From a virus (lineage: Duplodnaviria; Caudoviricetes), in the IMG/VR virus record IMGVR_UViG_3300006110_000031, positions 1 through 27,337 of that record: a stretch of DNA of 27,337 nucleotides. One strand, written 5' to 3'. The notes below the pieces were generated by a model. That model did no database searches and was not told the DNA's origin. It saw nothing but the letters and a program-made list of their open reading frames with translations. This document shows positions 9,268 through 16,251 of this stretch, in pieces. A program made the position numbers and the translations under genes. Position 1 is the stretch's first letter; the number at the start of each line of letters is the position of its first letter.

Positions 9268-9571
9268 TTTGGGCTTCCTCAAAACAAACATCCTGCCAAC
9301 TCATCACCAGATACTTAACCCCATCTTCATAGTAAGGGAAGTATTTGAGATATTCCTCGCCTGGGTCATCATTCATAGTGCCAAAGCGGATTCTTGCTCC
9401 AACTTCAATAGGCATATCTTCTCTGCGACCACCTGAAAGCTTTTTACCAGGGCCAACAGCAATGACTGTACCCATGTTTTCGACTTCTTTGTTATCAACA
9501 ATAATGATGCTAGAAAGCTCTCTAACATCAGGTTTGACTACAATTTTGTCTGCTAATGGCTTGAGTTTCAT
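9257..9571 (-). CDS. groES: Co-chaperonin GroES (Cpn10)-like protein
   Basis: MKLKPLADKIVVK..GTVIAVGPGK..MPIEVGARIRF..DGVKYLVMSWQDV matches the Cpn10 pattern. Confidence 0.88.
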   Translation of the reverse strand: MKLKPLADKIVVKPDVRELSSIIIVDNKEVENMGTVIAVGPGKKLSGGRREDMPIEVGARIRFGTMNDDPGEEYLKYFPYYEDGVKYLVMSWQDVCFEEAQNVG

Positions 9572-9801
9572 GATTTTCTAGGCCTTCCTGGTTTCTTTTT
9601 TGGTTGTTCTTCAGTAAAAGTAACAGTCAATCCAGTTGTTATGGCTTCAATAACATGGTTTTTAATGGGTTGCCATTCCCCACACCAATCTTCATTGGCT
9701 TTGTTTTGTGAAATTGGGTATCTTTTGCAGACTCCCATTCTTTCCCCAAAAGAAAAAAATCGACACAAATTGCAAGTGTCATTATGCTCTTTGTTAGCCA
9801 C
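9568..9801 (-). CDS. Small Cys-rich (metal-binding) protein with AT-hook-like tail
   Basis: GTG start with GGAG RBS; CNLCRFF..GVCKRYP..DWCGEW; C-terminal KKKPGRPRK. Confidence 0.7.
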   Translation of the reverse strand: MANKEHNDTCNLCRFFSFGERMGVCKRYPISQNKANEDWCGEWQPIKNHVIEAITTGLTVTFTEEQPKKKPGRPRKS

Positions 9802-9825
9802 AGTTTCTCCGATTAATTGTGGTTA

Positions 9826-9860
9826 GAAAGCCCTGTTAGCGCACGACTATCAGGGTTTTC
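9826..9860. promoter_or_regulatory. Intergenic stem-loop (attenuator, processing site or plus-strand terminator)
   Basis: GAAAGCCCTG...CAGGGTTTTC with an inner TAG/CTA pair; T6 follows on the plus strand. Confidence 0.5.
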
Positions 9861-9873
9861 GCTTTTTTACTTC

Positions 9874-10131
9874 TTAGTTCTTTTTCTCATACTTATCTTC
9901 CATCGCATAAGTTGTGCGCTTATGGTCATAGCAGATACCAGCAGTACGGCCTGTATTGAACTCTTTGTCAGAGCCAATAGCATCTTCTTTACCCATTGCA
10001 ACACCGCCACGATGAGATTTTTCCATTCTTTCGCCAGACATATCTGCCTTGCCAGCGCCTTTAGGTACAACTACACCCTTGGCAGGAATACCTGCTGTAG
10101 AGTTTGGATTACTTGTTTTGCCCATTGCCAT
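9874..10131 (-). CDS. Hypothetical protein (G/K/M-rich, probably disordered)
   Basis: 85 aa; AAGGA RBS; first gene after the candidate late promoter. Confidence 0.7.
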   Translation of the reverse strand: MAMGKTSNPNSTAGIPAKGVVVPKGAGKADMSGERMEKSHRGGVAMGKEDAIGSDKEFNTGRTAGICYDHKRTTYAMEDKYEKKN

Positions 10132-10146
10132 AATTTTTCCTTTTGC

Positions 10147-10172
10147 AAAAGAAGCTGCAATATCGCAGCTCC
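10147..10172 (-). terminator. Hairpin plus U-tract (terminator or leader attenuator)
   Basis: Minus strand GGAGCTGCG-ATAT-TGCAGCTTC-TTTT just after the 668-aa gene. Confidence 0.55.
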
Positions 10173-10176
10173 TTAT

Positions 10177-10204
10177 ATTTTGCCTTATTGGTTACCCATG
10201 TCAA
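10177..10204 (-). promoter_or_regulatory. Candidate late-operon promoter
   Basis: Minus strand perfect TTGACA (10204-10199), 16 bp spacer, CAAAAT. Confidence 0.4.
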
Positions 10205-12191
10205 GCACTTTAAATACTGGTTGATTTTTAAAAGAAATTGCCATATTTTGAGCTGAATCATGATAGCCAGAATAACCAGCTTCTTTAATCATTCTTTCCC
10301 AATCATTAGCTTTAGTTTCTGCATCAAGAATATTAAATTTATCTCGATTAAATGTATCAGCCATTTTTAATAAATTATCTGGGTCTTTTCTTACATCATA
10401 AGAATTTTCAATATTCGATTTATATTGATTTGGGCCAAGACCAGGCTCTTTCATCTCTGGGTTTAAGTAAAAATGAGTCCTGTCTTTAACAGCTCCAGGG
10501 GCTCTTAGTCTTTCAGCTTCCTGGCCTCTTATACCAAAACCATACTTTTTAACATCAGTCTGGCTTAAATTTGGGCTATTGCTCCAATGAAATCCTTCAA
10601 TAGTTTGACCATTTTCAGGAACTATATGTTCTTTCATATAATTTGGAACACCACCTCTGTAATCTAATTCAAGCATATCAGGGGGTAATGCCAGGCCTGT
10701 TTGTTTAGCATATTCCCATTGACCGCCTAATTCCCTAAGCTTTCTGTCCATTTCTGAGGTATCTTGGCCCATTTTTTCGGCTGCTGTCTTTTCTACCCTC
10801 ATCAAGGCCATTTCTTTTTCAAGGTCTGCATTGATTCCAGAATAATTTACAAAGCTGTTTTGACCTCTGGTTTCAGAAGCAGCAGCTATTTGAGCCAATG
10901 GGCTTAAAGTTTCTTTGTGAGCTCCATAAGCCAATTCTTCACCTTTTCTGCCAAAGGTTGAGCCTGTAGTGCCATGACCAATATAGTCATGAACTGCCCT
11001 AAATTTTTCATTAGTATTTAAGCCATAGTAAGGGTCAAATTCATTGAGAAAAGGATGCTCCTCACCACCTCTAAAAACATACATATGGTTTTTATTAAGG
11101 GCATCATCTAGCATTTCTCTAGAATTAGCATAATTGGCATTGCCACCATGAAAAGAAAAATTAACCCCTTTATTCACTAAATTATCAAATTGCTGGTTTA
11201 CTTCTTGGCGCAAAGCCCCATAGGATTTATGAACCAAATCATCATAATTTTGAATATCATGCTTTGCTAATAGTTCAGGATGCTTTGCTTTGTAATCCTG
11301 ATAAATGGCATCTTTTAAAGCTGGACTTACATCATCCTTAGATAATGTTTCATAAGCCCTGGCAATAGGATGTTGTTTTAAAAGGGATGAGCCTGGCATG
11401 GCTTTGATTTTTTCAATGTCAAAGTCTGGGTTATGTTCTTTGGCTATTTGGATGGCTTTATTTTGTTCCTGACCATTGAATGCACCGCTTCCTTGTGACT
11501 CTCTAAGTTTTCTATTTGCAAAGCTTGTTTGAAGCTTTTCTTGTCCAGAAGTGGCTTGATTCCATGCTTTTTCATTACTCTGAGGTAATCCTGATATTCG
11601 TCTAAATTGTCCTTCATCTTTATATCCTTTTTCTAAATTTTCTGGATTAAATATCTGATAATAAGTTCCTCCTGTCATATCAGTATGTTTTACACCTTGA
11701 TACCCTTGGCTAATTAGCTGATCTGTAAAATATTTGTCTGCCTCATCTCTAGATGCAAGTTTTACTTTTCCTTCATCAATTAACCTTCTTACAACAGCAC
11801 CCTTGCCTGTAGCTGCTACTTCTCCAATATTAGGATTGGTAGTAAACCAAATACTTCCATCAGCAGACTTTGCAATATCAAAACCTGCTTTTTCAATTTG
11901 TTTAGCTGCTTCTTTGCTTGTTCCATGAAATATTGCTGTTGCTCCCATAAAGTTTGGCAAATAATTTTGAGTAAATTCTTGCATTGCTTCTGGGTAATAG
12001 TTTGGATTTGGCTTGCCTAAAAAGTCAGTTTTATACAATCCAGCCATAGTTTTATCCATAGCTCTTTGATTTTTTTCAAAGTTTTCAGGCCATTCTTTCC
12101 AATATTTGTCTAATTTTGTAGACAAAGTTTCTCTTTGATTTTTTAATTTTTTATTATCAAATTGTTTTTGAATTTCATCTGCTAGAGCCAT
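10185..12191 (-). CDS. Multi-domain polyvalent-type protein: ART-like, HDxxGH metallopeptidase-like, second ART-like domain
   Basis: aa ~86-187 IFHGTS..GF..GSIWFTTN..GYQGV..YQIFNP; aa ~395-450 FRAVHDYIGHG..GEELAY..SETRGQNS; aa ~530-660 GFHWS..RTHFY..EAGYSGY. Confidence 0.6.
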   Translation of the reverse strand: MALADEIQKQFDNKKLKNQRETLSTKLDKYWKEWPENFEKNQRAMDKTMAGLYKTDFLGKPNPNYYPEAMQEFTQNYLPNFMGATAIFHGTSKEAAKQIEKAGFDIAKSADGSIWFTTNPNIGEVAATGKGAVVRRLIDEGKVKLASRDEADKYFTDQLISQGYQGVKHTDMTGGTYYQIFNPENLEKGYKDEGQFRRISGLPQSNEKAWNQATSGQEKLQTSFANRKLRESQGSGAFNGQEQNKAIQIAKEHNPDFDIEKIKAMPGSSLLKQHPIARAYETLSKDDVSPALKDAIYQDYKAKHPELLAKHDIQNYDDLVHKSYGALRQEVNQQFDNLVNKGVNFSFHGGNANYANSREMLDDALNKNHMYVFRGGEEHPFLNEFDPYYGLNTNEKFRAVHDYIGHGTTGSTFGRKGEELAYGAHKETLSPLAQIAAASETRGQNSFVNYSGINADLEKEMALMRVEKTAAEKMGQDTSEMDRKLRELGGQWEYAKQTGLALPPDMLELDYRGGVPNYMKEHIVPENGQTIEGFHWSNSPNLSQTDVKKYGFGIRGQEAERLRAPGAVKDRTHFYLNPEMKEPGLGPNQYKSNIENSYDVRKDPDNLLKMADTFNRDKFNILDAETKANDWERMIKEAGYSGYHDSAQNMAISFKNQPVFKVLDMGNQ

Positions 12192-12193
12192 GA

Positions 12194-12481
12194 TTAGTCC
12201 ATATCGAGCATTTTTATAAGGCGAATAGCAGCATCTACCGAATCAATTCGGCTTACTGCCCCTCCCCTCCATTCTTGCATGAATTTGACTTGTGGATCAG
12301 TAAAAGTTGCTTTGGAATCTCGCTTTATTTCTACCAATACAGACTTACCTTTATACCCAATGAGTAAATCAGGACAGCCACGACCAACAGTTGATAAATT
12401 AAGCACAGAAGCTCCAAGCGCAATAAAAGTATGCACAAGTTGCTTTTGGTTTTCATCAACTCGCTTTTTATAGTAAGTCAT
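12194..12481 (-). CDS. VRR-NUC-like PD-(D/E)xK nuclease
   Basis: RVDENQ..GCPDLLIGYKG..LVEIK..TDPQVKFMQEWRG. Confidence 0.85.
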   Translation of the reverse strand: MTYYKKRVDENQKQLVHTFIALGASVLNLSTVGRGCPDLLIGYKGKSVLVEIKRDSKATFTDPQVKFMQEWRGGAVSRIDSVDAAIRLIKMLDMD

Positions 12482-12758
12482 CTAGTAATGCCCTAGTTTT
12501 CTCAATGAGCTGCTCTGGTGAAAACCCCCAATAAGAAGTGAACTTTTTAGCCCCAAGCGAGTGATAACTGGTATCTCCAAGGCGATGGTGGTAAGCGCAG
12601 AGGGGGATTGCAGGAGCAGTATCTCGCTTTCCCCCAAATCTTCTGACATGGTGGATTTCTGTAGGTGTATCGGTTGTTTCAATTCCATGTTGCCTGCACA
12701 ATATGCAGCCCAATCTCGCCAGGCGAGCATATTCATCCTTTTGTTTTTTAGTAGTCAT
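12468..12758 (-). CDS. Ref-like (RecA-dependent) HNH/Zn nuclease
   Basis: LGCILC..EIHHVR..IPLCAYHHR..H..G.KKF. Confidence 0.78.
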   Translation of the reverse strand: MTTKKQKDEYARLARLGCILCRQHGIETTDTPTEIHHVRRFGGKRDTAPAIPLCAYHHRLGDTSYHSLGAKKFTSYWGFSPEQLIEKTRALLDDLL

Positions 12759-12903
12759 GAGCTACATCTTCTAGTTTTAATGCTGCTTCTACAATTTCAT
12801 TGGCTATTTGAGCTGCTTTATCTTTATCCTGTGAAATCATCGCAGAATAATACTGTTCTAAAAGCTTTTTTAGGGTCAAGTATGGCAAGCTGAAGTCTTT
12901 CAT
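12748..12903 (-). CDS. Hypothetical 51-aa helical protein (not in ORF track)
   Basis: AAGGA RBS; MKDFSLPYLTLKKLLEQYYSAMISQDKDKAAQIANEIVEAALKLEDVAHDY*; overlaps the start of the Ref-like gene. Confidence 0.7.
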   Translation of the reverse strand: MKDFSLPYLTLKKLLEQYYSAMISQDKDKAAQIANEIVEAALKLEDVAHDY

Positions 12904-13354
12904 GTTGTGTCCTTAAATTTAAATTTCTATAAATAACCCCATCATGCCATTGCATATCTACCGAATTTTCATATAGCTCAATGATTTTATTGGGTTTTAC
13001 CCAAATAGGGGCTTGTTTTTCTTTAAAACAAAAAGCATAAATCAATGGAGCTTCATCTGAACTAAAGGCTTCCACCATTTTAGGTAACAACTCAAACTCT
13101 TTTTTCTTAAAATTATCTGTTCCCTTTACAGCAATTACATAAGTTTTTCCAAAAGAATTAGTAATTACATAATCTGGAAGGTTTCTAAGAATGGGATTTA
13201 TTCTCCAAAATTTAGGCACATTATTATTTTTTTCATCAAATCCAAGCCTTTGAAATTTTGTATCAAAAACATTGCAATATTTTTCAAATAAAGCTTCTCC
13301 ATCACTTTTAGCAGTAGAAACCCTTTCAATATAAGAATTTCCAGAATGGCTCAT
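12824..13354 (-). CDS. Putative PD-(D/E)xK-fold nuclease-like protein
   Basis: Start MSHSGN in an ATGA overlap at 13354; GEALFE..LPDYVI..VIAVKG motif; AT-rich. Confidence 0.55.
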   Translation of the reverse strand: MSHSGNSYIERVSTAKSDGEALFEKYCNVFDTKFQRLGFDEKNNNVPKFWRINPILRNLPDYVITNSFGKTYVIAVKGTDNFKKKEFELLPKMVEAFSSDEAPLIYAFCFKEKQAPIWVKPNKIIELYENSVDMQWHDGVIYRNLNLRTQHERLQLAILDPKKAFRTVLFCDDFTG

Positions 13355-13689
13355 ATACCACCTTGTCTGCGATTGCTGGATAAAGTGCGCCAAATATCAA
13401 TAATTCGCTGTTCATGCTGCCTTTCATTATCAATTTTCTTAAATTGAACATAAGCTTGTAAATGAGCATCTAGAGCATCGGCATATTTCTGGCTCGCTAT
13501 GGCTTTTTGTTCCCTTTCTGACACTCCCCCCTCAGAAAGTAAAAAAGAATGCGCCTTGGCCTGTTTAATGCCTTCTGCAAGGTAATTTACCTGTCCACCA
13601 AGTGCAGCATGAAGCTCATTGGTTTCAGCAAGCTTAGTTAAAGCCATTTCTACCCTGTTTTCATCCAATTTATCTAAATTCATTTCCAT
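13351..13689 (-). CDS. Helical hypothetical protein, possibly UvsY-like recombination mediator
   Basis: 112 aa; SEREQKAIAS..Y..IDIWRT..SN.R pattern; in the replication operon. Confidence 0.55.
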   Translation of the reverse strand: MEMNLDKLDENRVEMALTKLAETNELHAALGGQVNYLAEGIKQAKAHSFLLSEGGVSEREQKAIASQKYADALDAHLQAYVQFKKIDNERQHEQRIIDIWRTLSSNRRQGGI

Positions 13690-13865
13690 TCTCCATATTC
13701 ATAGGCTCTATTGCCTTTAAGCCATTGTTCTTCAAAATCCCTTACCAACTGCCAATCAAACTTGCTTTTGCTCATGTATTCTCTAAAAGCTTTTAAACCC
13801 CATTGTCTGCGCCACATAATTAGCTGACGAACAGCGCAGCGATGCTTGTGCTTTTGCTCATCCAT
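13680..13865 (-). CDS. Hypothetical protein downstream of the initiator
   Basis: 61 aa; HRCAVRQL..QWLKGNR..GEW; overlaps both neighbours. Confidence 0.7.
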   Translation of the reverse strand: MDEQKHKHRCAVRQLIMWRRQWGLKAFREYMSKSKFDWQLVRDFEEQWLKGNRAYEYGEWK

Positions 13866-14619
13866 TGGCCTTCTTCTTATCCCTAAAATCCAAGATAAAT
13901 TTCTTCATCTCAAAATAGCTGTTAAATCGAGCTTTCGAAGGGTCACCTCCACATTCGACCCTATATGCCTCCTCAATCTGTTTATCGCTTCCTAGGGGCA
14001 TTTCTGTGGCTTTTTGGGCTGCTTGATGAATCCAAGTAGCATCGAATGACCTCCAGCCCTTAAAAATGATGGTTTCTAGCACTTGGTCTAGTGGCATCTT
14101 GGCTAATTCAGCTTCTTTGATAAGCCTTGTAAGAACTCGGTCTGTAACTGGTGCTTTTAATCTTTTTCTATAAACCAAAAAATCAGACCATAAATCATCA
14201 CTCACTCCGACAGGAGTGGGTATAGTTTTTATATGGTTCTTGGTTATTGGTTCTTGGTTCTTGGTTGGCATTGGGGGGTGTTTAAGGGGGGTAATAGGGG
14301 GGCTATCGCTACCCTTATGCCACCTTAATGCTGCACCTTTGCGACCCCCATCCTTCATAGCTTTGTATTTAGCTATTTCTTCATCAGCTCGCTTTAAATG
14401 CCAGGCATTATCTTGATAAATAAAAAATTCGGTAAGAATTGCGCCAACAATTTCAAAGCTAGACCTAACCTTGCGAGCCAGTTTTGATGTATCGGTAAAG
14501 GGTTCTTCAGTCTGATAGTAAAGGTCTATCATGCGCCTATAAGCTAAATCTTCCTCATCGGTCAAATGGCTTGTATGGCTCAAATAATCCCCAATATGGA
14601 ATGGGTAAAAGTTCATCAC
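13858..14619 (-). CDS. Replication initiator-like protein, YdaU/DUF1376 family
   Basis: MNFYPFHIGDY..HT.HL..EEDLAYRRMIDLYY..E; KNQEPITKN linker; W.DFL.YRK..KAP.T C-terminal domain. Confidence 0.85.
   Translation of the reverse strand: MMNFYPFHIGDYLSHTSHLTDEEDLAYRRMIDLYYQTEEPFTDTSKLARKVRSSFEIVGAILTEFFIYQDNAWHLKRADEEIAKYKAMKDGGRKGAALRWHKGSDSPPITPLKHPPMPTKNQEPITKNHIKTIPTPVGVSDDLWSDFLVYRKRLKAPVTDRVLTRLIKEAELAKMPLDQVLETIIFKGWRSFDATWIHQAAQKATEMPLGSDKQIEEAYRVECGGDPSKARFNSYFEMKKFILDFRDKKKANG
14234..14302. repeat. Tandem 7-mers and G6 tracts inside the initiator gene (candidate origin)
   Basis: TGGTT(C/A)T x4 plus TGGTT at 14234-14266; GGGGGG at 14273, 14286 and 14297. Confidence 0.6.
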
Positions 14620-14817
14620 TTAATCCTTTTTAAATAGGTCTGGTCTTAGCATCTCTCTGGTCAATTTGTAATTTGAAAGCTCCTCAATAGTCTTTAAATA
14701 CTTAAATGGGATGTTGCTTTGACCCCACAAATATATGGTATTGGGCTTTACATCCAGCTTTTCAGCCAAGTCTTTGAGTGAGCCAAATTCAATCTTTAAT
14801 AAATCCATTGGGTTCAT
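14620..14817 (-). CDS. Cro/YdaS-like HTH regulator
   Basis: FGSLKDLAEKLDVKPNTIYLW..IP..IEELS..LTREMLRPDLF. Confidence 0.85.
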   Translation of the reverse strand: MNPMDLLKIEFGSLKDLAEKLDVKPNTIYLWGQSNIPFKYLKTIEELSNYKLTREMLRPDLFKKD

Positions 14818-14841
14818 ATGATTCCTTTCTTAGTTTTGGGA

Positions 14842-14850
14842 ACTATACCA
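14842..14850 (-). promoter_or_regulatory. Leftward promoter, extended -10
   Basis: Minus strand TGGTATAGT (TGn plus TATAGT), about 25 nt upstream of the Cro-like ATG. Confidence 0.55.
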
Positions 14851-14884
14851 TAAATCTTTTAAAAACATTAAAAAAATGTTGTAT

Positions 14885-14899
14885 TAGGGAAACTCCCTA
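14885..14899. promoter_or_regulatory. Palindromic operator candidate
   Basis: TAGGGA-AAC-TCCCTA between the divergent promoters. Confidence 0.55.
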
Positions 14900-14907
14900 T
14901 AAAAAAG

Positions 14908-14937
14908 TTGTTGCAATCTGTTTTTTTCATGTATAGT
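14908..14937 (+). promoter_or_regulatory. Rightward early promoter
   Basis: TTGTTGCAA (-35 candidates) and TATAGT at 14932-14937, with an upstream A-tract. Confidence 0.5.
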
Positions 14938-14985
14938 TACACCTATGCAATAAATTTTTTTAACAAGTGATGAAGGGAAGTAAAA

Positions 14986-15063
14986 ATGAAACTACTAGAT
15001 GCAATCGGTGTAATTCTTTTAGGTGTATTGCTAGCTGCAATGTTTATCTACGGAGGGTTTTAA
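14986..15063 (+). CDS. 25-aa single-TM micropeptide (not in ORF track)
   Basis: AAGGGAAG RBS; MKLLDAIGVILLGVLLAAMFIYGGF*; its 3' end carries the GGAGG RBS of the next gene. Confidence 0.7.
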   Translation: MKLLDAIGVILLGVLLAAMFIYGGF

Positions 15064-15065
15064 TC

Positions 15066-15359
15066 ATGGGTATGTCTAGACACGATGCTTACTATGAGCC
15101 TGATGACTACGATGATCGCACCGATGAGATCGAGGCAAGAGCTTGGGAACTAATGAAAGTTGGTGGCAAGTTTGATTACAGAACTTCAGGTGCAATATCA
15201 GAAGCCCTTGGTGACATGGGAGTAAAAGATTCTGAAAATTTACAAGCTGTGATTGATTCAGGTGACCATGAAGCCTTGGGTCGAAAACTAATATCAATGG
15301 CTTGTGAATACATGGAAGGCCATGCCAAATCTGTAGCAGAATTTGAAATTATTGATTGA
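15066..15359 (+). CDS. Acidic hypothetical early protein
   Basis: Start reassigned to MGMSRHDAYYEPDDY using the GGAGG RBS; 97 aa. Confidence 0.75.
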   Translation: MGMSRHDAYYEPDDYDDRTDEIEARAWELMKVGGKFDYRTSGAISEALGDMGVKDSENLQAVIDSGDHEALGRKLISMACEYMEGHAKSVAEFEIID

Positions 15360-15369
15360 GGAGAAAGTG

Positions 15370-15597
15370 ATGACTACAAAACCTACAAAACCAGCAGCAA
15401 TAGATTACAAAGAAGATGCAATTTGGAATCGATTTAATAAAGATGAGGCCCTGATTTCTCAGCTAATCATTCTTAAAAAGTATCTTGAAAATGAAGATTC
15501 CATCAAAGGCCATGCAGTATCAATGCTTGATGGATTGGTCGATAAATTGATTTGCGACCAGATTGATATGATTTCTGAAGCCAAAATACCATACTAA
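15370..15597 (+). CDS. Hypothetical early protein
   Basis: GAGGAG RBS before the ATG at 15370 (track start 15343). Confidence 0.7.
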   Translation: MTTKPTKPAAIDYKEDAIWNRFNKDEALISQLIILKKYLENEDSIKGHAVSMLDGLVDKLICDQIDMISEAKIPY

Positions 15598-15607
15598 GGA
15601 GTAAGTG

Positions 15608-16156
15608 ATGAAAACTTTTAATGAATTAAGACTTATCAATGTCAATGAACATACAGAAAGAAAAGGTAAATTTACCTACCTTTCTTGGACTTGGGCAGTA
15701 GACCAGCTTCTACAAAATGACCCATCAGCCACTTGGACTTTTGGTGACCCTGTTTACTTCAATGAATCAGTAATGGTTTTTTGCACAGTAACCGCTATGG
15801 GTAAGTCTATGACTTGCCAAATGCCTGTTATTAACAATATGAACAAGGCCATCTCCAACCCTAATGCAATGGATGTCAATACCGCTATGATGCGCTGTTT
15901 GGTTAAGTGCATTAGCTTGTTTGGCATTGGTCTATACATTTATGCTGGTGAAGATTTGCCTGATGAAGAAATGCTTGATTTAACAGCAGAGGCCGACAAA
16001 TGGGTTTTAGCTATTAGTGGAACTAAGACTATGGATGAGCTTAAAGAAATCTATGGCGCAGCTTATAAAGCTCTCAGCAAAGACAAAACAGCAGTAGAAA
16101 AGATTGCTAGTGCCAAAGACCTTCAAAAAGGCACTTTAATGGCATTGCAAGCATGA
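15608..16156 (+). CDS. sak: Sak-type (DUF1071, Rad52-like) single-strand annealing protein
   Basis: INVNEHTERKGKFTYLSWTWA..DVNTAMMRCLVKCISLFGIGLYIYAGEDLP. Confidence 0.88.
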   Translation: MKTFNELRLINVNEHTERKGKFTYLSWTWAVDQLLQNDPSATWTFGDPVYFNESVMVFCTVTAMGKSMTCQMPVINNMNKAISNPNAMDVNTAMMRCLVKCISLFGIGLYIYAGEDLPDEEMLDLTAEADKWVLAISGTKTMDELKEIYGAAYKALSKDKTAVEKIASAKDLQKGTLMALQA

Positions 16157-16251
16157 GCTGGGCCGATAAAGTAGCCATTACAACAGTTGCAATAACTGCT
16201 GTAATTTTGATGACAATGATTAGATTAGCGATTAGATTGGGGGGTATATGA
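16153..16251 (+). CDS. 32-aa single-TM micropeptide (not in ORF track)
   Basis: MSWADKVAITTVAITAVILMTMIRLAIRLGGI*; ATGA overlaps at both ends. Confidence 0.72.
   Translation: MSWADKVAITTVAITAVILMTMIRLAIRLGGI

Noticed and set aside
950-9581. Plus-strand and alternative-frame ORFs over head and packaging genes (e.g. 2771-3100, 3531-3719, 4540-4821, 4865-5227, 5611-5973, 9345-9581)
   Set aside because: Shadows of well-supported genes; no motifs or RBS recognised.
9817-10224. 135-aa plus-strand ORF and 9867..10070 alternative-frame ORF
   Set aside because: They overlap the RBS-supported 9874..10131 gene and no function is recognisable.
14234-14266. Tandem repeats as a CRISPR or DGR signal
   Set aside because: 7-bp units without spacers; no cas or reverse transcriptase gene in the window.
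14967-15065. N-terminal extension of track ORF 14967..15359
   Set aside because: Better explained by the 25-aa peptide in another frame plus a GGAGG-led start at 15066.
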